From Phoronis australis (lineage: Eukaryota; Animalia; Phoronida): 64,000 nucleotides of DNA. The position numbers were made by a program, and so were the translations under genes. The number at the start of each line of letters is the position of its first letter. Within the stretch, counting starts at the first letter, position 1. The stretch covers positions 185,471 to 249,470 of the forward strand of contig NMRA01000473.1 in the NCBI GenBank assembly GCA_002633005.1, read 5' to 3'. The notes under the pieces are model-generated. The model was not told the DNA's origin. It saw only the letters and a program-made list of their open reading frames with translations, and did not search any database. Below, piece after piece: positions 36,398-49,828 of this stretch.

Positions 36398-38379
36398 AGA
36401 ATTGAACCTAATTCAGAAAGTCAGCCCTTTATATGCCTGATCATGGACTCTATCGTATTGAGATAATTACAATTGTTTTAGCAATATTGTTTTTTGTACG
36501 TTTGTGGTCGTCCAATTAGCCATTTTGTTTTTAAATACACTGATTATTGTTTATTCTCGAATCTTATGCATATCAGGTATTATCCAGCTACAATTGAAAA
36601 CATCCTTTGCTTGCATGTGGAACTTTTGTTGTAGACAAGTTTACAAAAAACTTAAAATTGTTCAAAGGCCTGCTTAAGAAAGATCTAAAAATAATTAAGT
36701 ACATAAAAAAATCAAATGCTATCAAAGGGAATACTTCATTTTGATCGCTGCGCAATTCGCAAGCGTAATCAGTAATCATTTCAGCTTCATAAAGAAGCAG
36801 CACACTGCACTGTATGGGTATGTTGTGGATTGAATAATTAGTGACAAAATTGTGTGTTGATGAATTACATATTCGATCATCAAAGTGTAACATTAACGGG
36901 CTTTCTACTGACAACAAGACAATTGGTGCAGTCTATGAATGTCATTTCTCCTTAATGTGTACCAAATTGAAAAATTTTTACCATTAGTATAAAGTCTTTC
37001 TTCTGAATGGAAAAGTTAATGTCACTCGGGGAGAAAGGGCCGGTATTTATACCAGATGCTTTTAGTTTTCATTTCTCTAGGATCTAGTTTCAATGGCCTA
37101 TAGAAGTGCTTTTAAAAAGGTCCAGTTTCGGCACATGGCTATCCTTCATGTAACTTCAATCGCTTATGTTCAGATCAAACATGCAATTTTCACAAAATAC
37201 GGCAGTCATTTGAATTTATAAACGACTTGCAACATTTCAAGGCATGAGTTAAGACTGTTCAGTCATTGGGAATTCAGAAAATGTAATATATTGTTATGGG
37301 TTTACAATGGATATCAAAACAGTTTCATGAAATGAACTTGAAGGAACTTCATGAAGGTTAAGATTTACCTCGCCATGTTCTTTCCCGGGACACTATTACC
37401 TACTTTTTCTACACATTCAGTTTTACCAAATTTTACAACCCCAACCCGCTATGCCAACCTTCTGCTAAGGACCTGAATAAGTGAATTAAAACAACTTACG
37501 TACCTTTCTTTAACAATTGCTCTCACTTTTCAAAGCCCTTGTTTGTTGTCTCCCATATATAAAGTAGGCTTTGACAACTGAAGTGCATTGGATGGGAAGA
37601 TCTTGCTGGTTAGCTGCAGTCAACTGCTTAAAACCTATTTTTGTCTGTTCAGGGACGGTTGCAGAAGCGATGCATATCTCCTTTGCACGGTAGTAGCCCA
37701 CAAACCTGAAAACCAAAGGTCAGGTGAAAACAGACATGAAATGTTTCCATTTCAACGTGTAATAGATTTCCGGAAGACATTGGATAGGGAGTAAACAAAT
37801 AGTCTAATGGATATTGGTCCTTTGCCTTTGGGCTTGGATGGTAACCATTCCTCACTAACCAATATCGAGTTGACAGCATAAACATTCAGCATTGATGTAA
37901 CTGTCACTGATAAACCTGTTAGAAATCATTCCAAACATTAATAATACTGCTTTGATTTACGAAAAGTTCCCAAGTGCTTTCGCAAATATCGTAACACACA
38001 TCGCAACAAACAATGATTAATTAACCTAACTGGCGACTGCCGCGAAGTCAACATCGGCCCGTACCTAAGTTAACCGGTATCATTATTGTAAACATGGAAA
38101 AATCGTTAAAATAATCCCAAATCTTACCTTCCTTTAATGTCATGCTTACTTCCTCTCGATTTTAGTGTGTATTAAAGGGCTCACGAAATAGAGGCTTCTT
38201 AATCTATCACCTCTAGTAATGTAAAGATTGTCGAATAGCCCCATTGTAGTCATTTGGGTTTGCACGGGCGGCTCAAAAAGTCTCTCAAGTTGCTAAAACT
38301 AGCATTATTTTTTCGTGTGAAATTTAGACCTTTTCAATGGCCAAAGATGTATTCTTCCAACAGCGGTGAAGATATGCTT

Positions 38380-38528
38380 CATGGGCGGCGCAGCACTGAA
38401 AAAAGAGGGGGGTTAAAGCCCCGTCGGCCCCCCTGTAGTGCACCGCCTATAGACCATGTGCGGCGTAGCACTGAAAAAATTGGGGGGCCATAGCCCTCCC
38501 CCCAGCTCCCTATGGTGCGCCGCCCATG
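38380..38528. mobile_element. Two tandem short hAT-like MITEs
   Basis: CATGGGCGGCGCAGCACTGAAAAAA...CACCGCCTAT followed by CATGTGCGGCGTAGCACTGAAAAAA...GCGCCGCCCATG. Confidence 0.65.
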
Positions 38529-38739
38529 TTGCGTTGCGCATTACAAGCATTCATTTTGTATGAAACTGAGATATGAAAATGTCTTCTGTTCCAGCAGTAG
38601 TTAAGTTTTGAAATTTGACCGATTTTTACGTATATTTTGATACCCTTCGTGATCGCACATTTGAGTCTCATGGCTTTGTGGTCAGCTGAAAATTGCAGAG
38701 AAATTTAAACTGCAATGAAACGTAGCTCCGTTGTTGTAG

Positions 38740-38918
38740 GTGGGCTTGTTGTCATTGGAATTCATTCACAAGGAGAGCTGAGCGTCATTGACGAGTTTGA
38801 GAGCGAAGTAGAGAAGATGGTGGCACAGAAAAGATGTGTTCTTGTCCAGAAAATTCACTATAAAGTGTTCAACTTACACTTAACCCCTGGCTATGTGTTT
38901 GTCCTGGAAGCTGTCTGA
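38740..38918 (+). CDS. METTL27: METTL27-like methyltransferase, terminal coding exon 5
   Basis: ttgttgtag|(G)GLVVIGIHSQGELSVIDEFESEVEKMVAQKRCVLVQKIHYKVFNLHLTPGYVFVLEAV*. Completes RIVKRGGLVVI. Joined CDS is 99+126+139+93+179=636 nt with no internal stop. Confidence 0.8.
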
Positions 38919-41900
38919 CAATATAGGAGAAACTCTGTTCAGTATTAGGCCTTTAAAGACATAGCTTCACACCAAACCAACTGCTTTTCAAAACAAATAA
39001 TAGCACTGTGTGAATCCGTTGCACATGGAAGTTCTTGTCCGCACAGCTTGGTTAATGAGAAAAGCCCAGCAGTAATGACCTTGTCCTACTTCAGCCGGAT
39101 ATTCTGAGAACGGGCATATGTGGTTACATAACCGTCTGTGATGTCAGACCAGGAAGACAGCTGTGCATTGCAATGGCTACAAGCCGTCAACCCTCCAAAA
39201 TTTTGCTTGCCTCATATGATAATTCCTTTCAACTCCATTTGTTGGAATAACTAAATTGTTGTTTGCCAAGGAGATGTAAAGACCAGTGTATCACAGATAA
39301 TCAAGCCTAATACAAAATATTGCAGTTTTCATTTTTCCATTTTCAGAAGTGAGTAAAAAGGGTGTCTCCTTTTAACTTAACCACGTATACAATTGAAATT
39401 TTAGTAGAGGTGGCAATCTCAACGACAGAATTACAAGAACACTTGGAATGGAAGTCTGAACTTAGTTTTTTAAATTAATGTGTTAATCTATTGAATTAAT
39501 AATAAACCCAAGGCATCAAGAAATATTACCTGAAGATGCCAGTGAACATATTATTTCAGCCGTTTATTACGGCAAGTTAATTCTATCATGTTTTGGTCAC
39601 TGAGTCATAGAAATCAAAGAACAAATCAGAGGACTATTATGATTTAATCCACAGTTCAAATTAAAATCAAGTGCTTTCAGTCGGCATTATATATTTGGTT
39701 TCTACAGTGAAAAACTTTCAAGGTAGTTGAAGGATACCGCTACTGTACATAAGTCACAACTAAAATAATCTCAGTACAGTAAACTTTATATGTGAGCCAA
39801 ACTGATTTAATCTTTTACCAAAATAAGTAACTTAGAATGCACAGTACTTTAGAACTTTTAAGCATTACAAACGTTATCCAACAACAAGACACATTTACAT
39901 GATATGAAAGTGGATATGCCTAACTATTACCAGGTGTTTCCTTACACTAGAATGAATTCGACGAGCATGATTTAAAAAAATAAGAAATTGCATGGGAAAA
40001 GGTTTGGAGGCTGGAAACTTCACAATCCAACATAGCCTATTACTCAAATTAAGAGCATTTACATTTTGTAGCCTTGATAACTTGAATTTGGAAAATAAAA
40101 AGTTACAATGCATGTATTAAACGAAAGATTCATGCGTAAAATTTAGAAGAATATAAATTATGTTGTGACACAAACCTTGAAGCGCAATTGACTTTCAAAG
40201 AAAAAACGATTTCACAACTTCTTCGACTATTTTTAATGCAAGTGTATGGTCAACTGAATGGGATATTCTCACTACAATAATTAGAGTATTACTTAGATTT
40301 TTGCACAAAAAATAATCATGATTATGCAAAGTTGCTTTTGTATAGCAGCTTTCATTACAATGTATCAAAGTTAAGTCATCACCAAGTACAAAATAGCAGA
40401 TTAAACATGCCCTTCAGTTCAGCAGAAGTCGCCATGTTGTCGTTGCCGCCGGAAATGAGTCCAACGGGAATTGTGGGCACTTTTACAACTCAATAAGAAG
40501 CATCTGCTTGGCTGAAATCCAATGAAAACTATTGAATCCCTCAGAATAGTTGGTATAGACCTTTCTTAATAAATTTCATTGTAAATTATTGGTGAAAATA
40601 ATTTATACACTGTTTTAAACTCGGGCCGTATGCCACTGTTGTCCAAGATGGCCGACCCGATCCAAACAAATAACCCAAATTTCGCCACCAAAATTGCAAT
40701 AAATGTGCACTGCTTAACCAGATTTTGATAATTTTTCAATTTTTATTGAGTGGGATGCATCATCTTTCCGATTATATTGAAGTATTTTCGCAAATCGAAA
40801 AAAATGGTTGGACAGCCCTACTCTTACCGTACATTCAGTTCAGCTAGCGATCCACTAGGCTAAAATTCAATAGATTGCAACGACAGGTAACGAGCATCAA
40901 GCTATTCAGCACATCCACCTACAAACACTTACCGATCTGTTGCAAAAACTGTAATTCAAAAGAAAACCAATCTACTGGCTACTTCTAGCACTAAGCCTGT
41001 CCGACAGTGTCCGTAGATGCTATCCGTCGTTTTCAATGTTAGGTTGTCAATACTAGCGCAAGGCTCACTAGCTTCTGGAAAGCGACGGCATGTACCGTTT
41101 CGAATACTCTCTAAAAGTTCACTTATCCTGGTTTGCAACTATACTCGGATCACATGCAGTCGTTCTAGAAGCAGTCCATAGAAATATGTTCGCTATATAT
41201 TACCGAACACGGCGACGCTCCACTCGTGGACTTCACAGAGTATTCTCACTTGCGACGCAGTCTTGGATGAGTGGAAAACTTGCGTAAAGATACCCCAGCC
41301 CGTGGCGTATTGTCACAGCCTCCAGCGATCAGGCATTCTTCTTTAAATATTTACTCCAGTTTAAATCTAAAAATCTGCCTTCATTTGAAAAAAGTGCTTA
41401 TGGCACACAGTAATGGACACTGTGGACTCGGTCAGGCTGACTCTGCAATGATCGGGTCACTACTAACTACTGTAAAATGTTCATGGCAACACACAAGACC
41501 ATGTGCATATGTGTCACATTTCCGAGAATTAATGGGCAAAATTTGCATAATAAACCGATTCTAACAAACAGAAAGATTCCATTTGTGCCAGAAAGTCCCA
41601 GTACAAACCTATGGACAGACTCAGCAGTGATCGGGTCAGGTTCCTGATATGACGTGTTTCCGAAGATAGCCGATGTTGAAAATTTTTTGTTCTAATGTAA
41701 CAAAAGGGTTCCGTGCGTAAAGGATACTAAGTATTGGCTTTCTGAAATATTACGTGATACGTCAAATCAGATCAAGCGGTTTGGAAGTCTAGACTTTTAC
41801 TTTTTATGAACTTCAGTTGCACTGCACCTAATCGTTTAGTTGGCTACAGACTGACCCATTTTTTATAAAAACGCGCAACTCAGAGAAACGTCTACACAAA

Positions 41901-41924
41901 TTACACCCTATGGCTTCCTGGAAG

Positions 41925-42030
41925 AGGCGGTGTAGCCTAGTGTGATAGGTGCCTTCTTTCTTTAATCGAGTTCGTGGGTTAGAATCCCACTGGGTCACAC
42001 TGATACGCCCTTGGGTCAGGTTTCAAGTTC
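41925..42030 (+). mobile_element. tRNA-derived SINE 5' region
   Basis: A-box-like GGTGTAGCCTAGTG. B-box hairpin GTGGGTTAGAATCCCAC. Then GCCCTTGGGTCAGG, similar to the conserved GTCCTTGGGCAAG SINE motif. Confidence 0.5.
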
Positions 42031-45000
42031 CTCAGCTAGGTTTTTATTATATATTAATAAAGCATAAAAATTGTTCCAGGTGATCAGTGCAATGGGCCCA
42101 TATGCGCTGCCTGCGCACGTCTGGTACAACGTGTATCAGACAGCCTGCAATTATGCAGCTAATGACTTATCAAAGGGTCTCGTTTTTTTAACTTTGGTCC
42201 GGTATAAATAACACCACAGACCTGGAAATCCAGCGAAACACTTTTACCTTACAAATTTCAATTGACAAACCCTGGTCTCAGAAAATTTGAGAACTCGGCA
42301 AAAGATCTATTGAGGAAATTCCCGTGATGAAAATCATCCATTTTGTTTATTTACTTCACCTAGTACTTAATTTGAAATAGCCGGTAAAATGAAGCCCATC
42401 CGAGTAAGCACCATGTGGGTTCCTATGCTAACCCCAATATGGTAGAACCCAACAAGCTCAAATTGCGGTCAAATCAGGATGAGCACATTAATAAGGGAAT
42501 TTACTGTATCAACAGATTGGCCAAATAAAAATGATACAAAGTGTTGCTACAGTGCACACGTGCGCAATACTTGGTCTATCATTTTCCCGCCGTAAGTGTA
42601 TGAACCAGTCAGATTAATTACCAATGGCGCAAAGTTTTTGAAAACAAGCTTGATTCCTAGGGAGTCTTGTTACTGCTATGTTTATTTTCAAAACTTTATT
42701 GTGTTACATTTAATTTATTGTTGTTCAACTCAATGAGATCACTTAATATAAATGCAATCAACGCGATTAATGCAGTGTAAAAACCAAAAGTTATGCTCTA
42801 TCCAGTGGCGTCTCCAGGATACCATAAGGGGCTGTAACATGATAGCCCAGCAATGTATCTATTGCTGTGGTAAATTCTATTTAATAGCTTTTTTTGTACT
42901 GGGACACCCTCATGTTGGAGAGATTCATTTGCCTTGTTATATTTAATATATAGTTTAGACTTACACTACGGCTTATCATTACATGGTGTCAGGATGGCAG
43001 CGGCTTACCTAGATAAGGGCCCTCCGACGGACTGGCCCATGGCATTTACTACGTAAGCCAACGCTGTGTGTATTATCTTACTCATATGGAGTACATTTGC
43101 CTGCGCGAAAGTAGTTCATTTCTATCATTTTGCTCGGCATACGGCGCTTTTGTAAACATGGTGGCTCGCGATTTCTGGTTTAGGCAGTAGGCCTATCGCG
43201 TTTTTGAATCAATGTAAATGTTACTTAACAACTTTTGTAAATGCCGACGCAGATCAATCTCCGCAAACTGGTAATCTAACCTGGACCTTCCATGTACGCC
43301 TGCACGGTGGTACTTGCTTTAAAAGTGAGTTAAAAGGAGTCTGAATTGAAGATAAATCGCCTGGTGATTTTCGAGACATCACTGTGACAGTGGCCGCATG
43401 GACTTCGACTTCAGAGTTCAGTCTTCTTACATTTAACTACTTTGGTAACAAGTCGGATGTAATGTTTCCTGGTTTTGAGAATGTCGCTATCAATATGTTG
43501 TAATAACTTCAGTGCAGGTTCACTAGTTATACCTCACGGAATCAGGCTGTTAGTGTTAGCCAGATGGAACACACCAGTGACAACAAATGTCTAGACTTGA
43601 CCAGGCGAATACACGTGTTGTTGGTCACTTTATACTAGGGGAAAATTGGAAAAAACAACAGGATAAGGACATGGTCAAAAAAGTTTATGAATGTAACAAC
43701 TGAATAAAATTCCTGTTGTTCAGTGCATTAGATAGTGGCCACCGTCTCTAGCTGGCCCCAGTAGAGACAATGATTGAACAGAAGCTCCTGTGGGAGTTTC
43801 ATACATTGATAGGTTTTCGGTGACTTATGCCTCATACTGATTAAAACATGAAAGTCATGTTTTTTAAGTACCTATTGCTCATAGAGACACCTTAGGTACC
43901 CATTGATGTCTTTAATTTCTTCCAACTCAAAAAATACTGTAATGTAACTTTTTCTTCAATCAGTCCTTCATTCAGTTACCCAAATTGTCAACTGGCCAGT
44001 TTTACACTGCGCGCCCACCTATTTTTACCACACCCGCCAGTGTGAGGCAAAATTCGCCTTAAATCTTCCGGCGTATGTTACTATCAGTGGATGAAACTTG
44101 TTATCCATGTCAGGGACCATTATATCCGAGCAGAGTCATGTTTTGTAATTCTGTAACTATAGAATTTCTGCAAAAGGTTGATTAAACATATTTTTCATCT
44201 GCAGTACTAAAATTGATCAGCTTGATTAAAATTTTACAGCCGTAAGTCAACTCACTTGAACACAGATGATTCTAGGAGGCACATCAGTCATGCTAGTAAA
44301 AATTGAAAGCCTTTGCTATTTACGTATATCTAATTTCAGATGGTGAACTGTAATACTCCACTGAAAAAGTCAAAGGCATGCATATTATGTGACAAACTGT
44401 TATACTCTGACTCTCACGCACACAAAGTTAAAAAATGCTGCATTAAAGCAGAGGTACTTGGATTTTTCTAACTCATTTACATTCAATTCAACAATGATTT
44501 GCTGGACACTAGGCCTGTGTCTATCTGCAGCACATGCATTCCGTTTTGTTCAAAACTCACACAGCTGCAGAAATAATCACCAAGAATGGATGTCAGCATT
44601 CTCATTGCTCAGTATGAAGATCGACAGAAACATGTACTAATTGATTCTCCTGCTGTTTCTAAGAAGCCAACAGGAGCAAAGAGATTGTTAAATTTAGAGT
44701 CCGAGTTAGTTGACTATGGGTATTCAGTGTCTGAGGATTATCAACAATCCAACCCTTTCGTGTCTAAAGACTCAACTGAGCAACTTTATTGGAAACTGTT
44801 GTTTAAAATCATTACATCTTTGGATGATCTTTGCAAGACTTCAAGAAAAAGTGTGCTTAGACTTCCCATGGGGGACCTGGATGAGAAGTTGCTTCTTTGG
44901 AAAATCGTCTTTATGGGCTACCACTTCTGTGTGTCATTCACTTCTGTGACTAAGAATGACTTCACTGTGGCCATAATGTATGGGATACATGTAGATGTTT

Positions 45001-46714
45001 GCCAAAAAGCCTCAACTCTGTGCCGTACAGAGGCTATTGTCTGCTGCGTGTATTCGTCATCATGCTGGCAATGGTGTATGTTTGAACATTTTTCAGATGG
45101 TTCACATTTATAGCTTATAATTGTTTTTAACAAAGGTGGCATAGTTGATGATAGCAATTAGATCTGTGATACATTGCATTAAAATTCTCCAGATTGAGAC
45201 AGCCTCCTAAATTCAGAACACAGAAATCATGGCTGAAATTTAATTTTTTCATCCTGAAATTTGAGGCGTGAGTGATTTTTATATTTTCGTACTTTTCGAA
45301 TTCCTAACGTTAAGTTGTAGCATAACAGGTTGCAAGAATACCCCTGTAAGTTCATAAAAGGTGACTCTCATGACAAACAATTAATAAATTGTTACCATTC
45401 CCCTTGAATTTCGGAAGGCAATTGTGTGAATTTCTAAAAATTGGGACGAGCTCCAACATTGATCAAAATAATTATTCACTGTCCCAAACTAGAGAATTTT
45501 TGCGTAATTAATTTTTGAACTTCAGTTTGTAGTTAACTGTAAAACTGATGTATGACTGTTCTTGTTTATAAGAGGATCTGCTTTAAGAAAAAAAAGTTGT
45601 AAAAGTGATGAAAATTTATTGTTTACTTTTTGATCTTTTGTGATGATGTGGTAGTTTACACCATCTTTAAAAATGTCAATGACGAAAGGTAGAAATCATA
45701 AGTGACAACAGATATCAATAGCCCATTTCAGTCAATGACTCTGAAGCAGATAATAGTGGCAGCACCCATGTGGTTAAAGAGTCATGACATAATGCTTTCG
45801 ATTTAAAAATCTTGAGGGACTTTCTGATATGTAAGCTCTGAGTGTTTTTTTTACAAGAAACGTTGGTAAACGGTAACATCTATTTAAGGTGTTACAATTG
45901 TCATCAATATTGTCATCCTCTCTGTTTTCATCCAACCTTCCCTTATGAAAACTTGAATGAAGAGGACCTTCAGTACTTGAGTGAGCACGGTATACTGTCT
46001 GATATGTGTTGAATTATTCAGCGGTTCTTTTAAGAACCATTTCACGCTAAAGCTAAGGCTCATGCACAGTACAACCAACGGCCCTTTTAAGGGCCACTTA
46101 AACTTCCCAGAAGAACTGCTTACTTGAGAATATTGAATTATATACATACGGAGGTTAGACCAGTGAAATCGTTGGAGAGATGCGTTTTTTAATCCGAACA
46201 AAAACGTTATATAAGTATCTTTTGCATTCACAGGTAATCCTTAGAATTTGTGCATCGATACGCTTTCGTAGTTTTCTCAGTATGTGAACCATGAATCCCA
46301 AACTGTCCGGTAACTATGCCGCTATTGTGCAAGCAGAAGACGAAATCAGTCGAAAACGAAGTTTGAATTTTGCAATTACATGATCAGTAGCATTTCCAAA
46401 AGTACTCCCAATACCAACAGTTCTACTATCGGAAGGCTTTGAACAGCGTTTCAATGCCGAAAGAATTATTTTTCGTTGTACTGGACAGTAAATCAGATGG
46501 GAGAATTTCCCATCACAATACACTAACCAGAAACTGCACCAGATAATTTAGGAAAGCGGCGCCCCCTCTAGAATAGCACCGAAGAAAATGTCGGGAGTTG
46601 TGAATCTTTTGTCTATAATCTATGATGGAATAACAAAATAAAAAGTTCGTCCTTAACTAGTGTTAGATAATTTCGACTGATTAATTCTTCCACTACATTT
46701 TGCTGTAGCAGTAG

Positions 46715-47900
46715 TGATGCCGTTTTACGTAAAAAATACATAATTTTTTGTGTGAACTCTTTAAGTTATGGTATTTCTAATACTTCACTCACATTTCTTG
46801 ATGAATCTTTGTGTAAAAAATGGGCGCAAGCTGCTCGACGAAGCAACTCTGATGGAATTTGGTGGGAGTCGTGTTCTGAAAGTGTTCTGTTTTCCCAGCG
46901 CTTTTCTGAATTGGATATTGACCGGAATGGGTGTGCCCTAGGGATTTTGGACTGATGCTGTTTCTACAGGTAAGTGTAGTGTTGGAGAATGTGTCTGAAA
47001 TTTGCTGCTATGATGTGGCATCTGTTAAACTTTCATCTCGTTTTGAATCCATGTTACCCTGAGCTATTATTCACCACAATGTGTAAACTGGAAACAGTTT
47101 TTCATTGGATTAGCTGAGTGAAACACTGACTGAATGAACAAAGAGGATCCTTCCTTTTATTGCTAACACTCTACTACCTGGCATTGAACAAACAAGACGA
47201 GCACAGAGCTGTTAAAAATTCCTATCCTAAGCAATAGCAAAAGCAATAGTTATGTTGTTGGTCCACACTTTTTTGCTGCCTTGGGTGCTTCTCACCAGTA
47301 CCATTTACTTTATATGAAAATTATCCCACCCGGATCATTCATTTTTGTATTGCTTTTTCAGGGGGGTCATTGTTGCCGGGTCCATCAATATAAGGACCTG
47401 CCAACACCATTCAACATCAATGAGCACGATTATTACCAAAGTGACATCTGAGCACCTCAGTGTCATAGAGAATTTTGTGGTTGTATTGTTCTTAAAATTA
47501 GTGCAATGGTGCCATGGAGTGATTCCCGAGAAACCCCAGTCAAGTGAAGAGTTTTATCACTTGCTAAAGCTGAAGAAAAACAGCGGAGTTATGGTGCCAG
47601 AACCTGGAGTTATACAAATATTGATATGTGATGAAAAGATTTTGAGAAGAAGCATGAATTTTTGTTTGCCAATTGAATCTGCTTTATGCGAAAAATAAGT
47701 GTTACCGTGAAAGGGAATGTGGCCACATTGACCTATTTCACTCGAAGAACAATGCTACTAAAACACAGTATGGAACTAACAATCACTATTTTGACTTGAT
47801 GAGTTGTTGGTGGCCAAGTACTATAACATTAGAATGCACACTGCACTGGTAGTATGAGTCAGATTGTGACCAAGCTCATTTTTGCAAAGGGCGGTGAATT
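46715..47900 (+). pseudogene. THAP9/P-element-like transposase relic (THAP plus C-terminal region, centre deleted)
   Basis: FLDESLCKKWAQAARRSNSDGIWW...SVLFSQRF...DIDRNG...DAVST|gtaagt (THAP). Later LLKLKKNSGVMVP..GVIQI....EKILR, NHYFDL, KYYNIRMH and TKLIFAKG, which are typical of THAP9 C-termini. Confidence 0.65.
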
Positions 47901-48431
47901 CGTGACAAAGGTTCTAGTCTGGGATTTTTAAAAAAACTGATGTGGTTATAGTATAGTATTTCAAATAGAAAAGCCAAACTGAAATGAGTCGGTACCCTTT
48001 TCCCAACATTGTGTGATATTGGCTGAAATTACTTACTATATAGGTAGTTTGCCTCATTTTTAGGTGATGCCATCAGAAATTGGTCTCTCGGTCTTTTTTA
48101 AAGGTGAGGTGTTGGTTGTCAAAACTGCCCGGTCTTTCGAGGTCTAAAAATTGAGGCTGAAATAAAATGATTTTTGAAGGGTAGAATTCGATCACAGAAA
48201 CAATTATTCAACTTCATTTGGTCCCTAGAACACCCACTTATTATATAAGTCGATATTTCATTGTTCCACTCGACTTTGCGTCTTTGTCCGATCTGTCTTC
48301 TAAGAGTTTAGTGACCTTATACTATCTACGATATCGTGTTGTTTTCTAACAACGAAGAAAAACAGAAGGTGGCTACAAGATTAGTAGCAGTACATTTTTA
48401 CTTAGTGGACACCACTTGGAAGATGTATTAA

Positions 48432-49828
48432 AGGCGAAGGCAACCTTTTTCCATGTCATTTTGAGCTAAAATAAGGTTGGTTGGTTATCCTAGACATATT
48501 TTTCACTTAATTACAGCTTTTCGTAATTTTATTAATTATTCGTCCGCTTTTCCGGAAGTGACGTTTTAGGAGGCAAGCGCTTCCCGCCAATTTCTTTTCA
48601 CATAGTCTGACTGTGAGAGCTGCCGAGTCAGTCATTGTTCTACCTCGGTTGTGTTAAGTTCCGTCGTCGTTCGCTTTCATTTACTAGTCAGTCAACATGC
48701 CACACTGTTGCTGCGTACCGGGATGTAGTAATTATCGGCTCACGNNNNNNNNNNNNNNNNNNNNNNNNNNNNNNNNNNNNNNNNNNNNNNNNNNNNNNNN
48801 NNNNNNNNNNNNNNNNNNNNNNNNNNNNNNNNNNNNNNNNNNNNNNNNNNNNNNNNNNNNNNNNNNNNNNNNNNNNNNNNNNNNNNNNNNNNNNNNNNNN
48901 NNNNNNNNNNNNNNNNNNNNNNNNNNNNNNNNNNNNNNNNNNNNNNNNNNNNNNNNNNNNNNNNNNNNNNNNNNNNNNNNNNNNNNNNNNNNNNNNNNNN
49001 NNNNNNNNNNNNNNNNNNNNNNNNNNNNNNNNNNNNNNNNNNNNNNNNNNNNNNNNNNNNNNNNNNNNNNNNNNNNNNNNNNNNNNNNNNNNNNNNNNNN
49101 NNNNNNNNNNNNNNNNNNNNNNNNNNNNNNNNNNNNNNNNNNNNNNNNNNNNNNNNNNNNNNNNNNNNNNNNNNNNNNNNNNNNNNNNNNNNNNNNNNNN
49201 NNNNNNNNNNNNNNNNNNNNNNNNNNNNNNNNNNNNNNNNNNNNNNNNNNNNNNNNNNNNNNNNNNNNNNNNNNNNNNNNNNNNNNNNNNNNNNNNNNNN
49301 NNNNNNNNNNNNNNNNNNNNNNNNNNNNNNNNNNNNNNNNNNNNNNNNNNNNNNNNNNNNNNNNNNNNNNNNNNNNNNNNNNNNNNNNNNNNNNNNNNNN
49401 NNNNNNNNNNNNNNNNNNNNNNNNNNNNNNNNNNNNNNNNNNNNNNNNNNNNNNNNNNNNNNNNNNNNNNNNNNNNNNNNNNNNNNNNNNCCATTTTCAG
49501 CTTACAACACACTAAACAATCCCTAAATCCAACGCAGTTGAGTTCTCTACTAACCTATCTTGCCGCAGAATACTCGCCGATGGAAAGTGGTGGCGACAAT
49601 TGGTGAAAAATAGCACAAAACAAAAGTAGAATAGAACAGATTGGCACAGTAAGCTCAACGCAAAACCAAGTGGCGGGAAGCGCTTGCCTCCTAAAACGTC
49701 ACTTCCGGAAAAGCGGACGAGTAATTAATAAAATTACGAAAAGCTGTAATTAAGTGAAAAATATGTCTAGGATAACCAACCAACCATATTTTAGCTCAAA
49801 ATGACATGGAAAAAGGTTGCCTTCGCCT
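48432..49828. mobile_element. Young Kolobok-like DNA transposon: 158-bp TIRs, TTAA TSD, THAP ORF start, interior lost in a gap
   Basis: TTAA|AGGCG...CGCCT|TTAA. TIRs 48432-48589 and 49671-49828 differ at 2 positions by my reading. MPHCCCVPGCSNYRLT starts at 48697 and runs into the gap. An inward ATG lies at 49494 on the minus strand. Confidence 0.85.
48745..49490. other. Assembly gap (746 N)
   Basis: Run of N. Confidence 1.

Noticed and set aside
41925-42000. Possible tRNA gene
   Set aside because: The acceptor and anticodon stems do not pair, and it continues into a SINE-like body.
48635-49606. 270-320 aa ORFs in the track
   Set aside because: They are artefacts of translating through the N gap.
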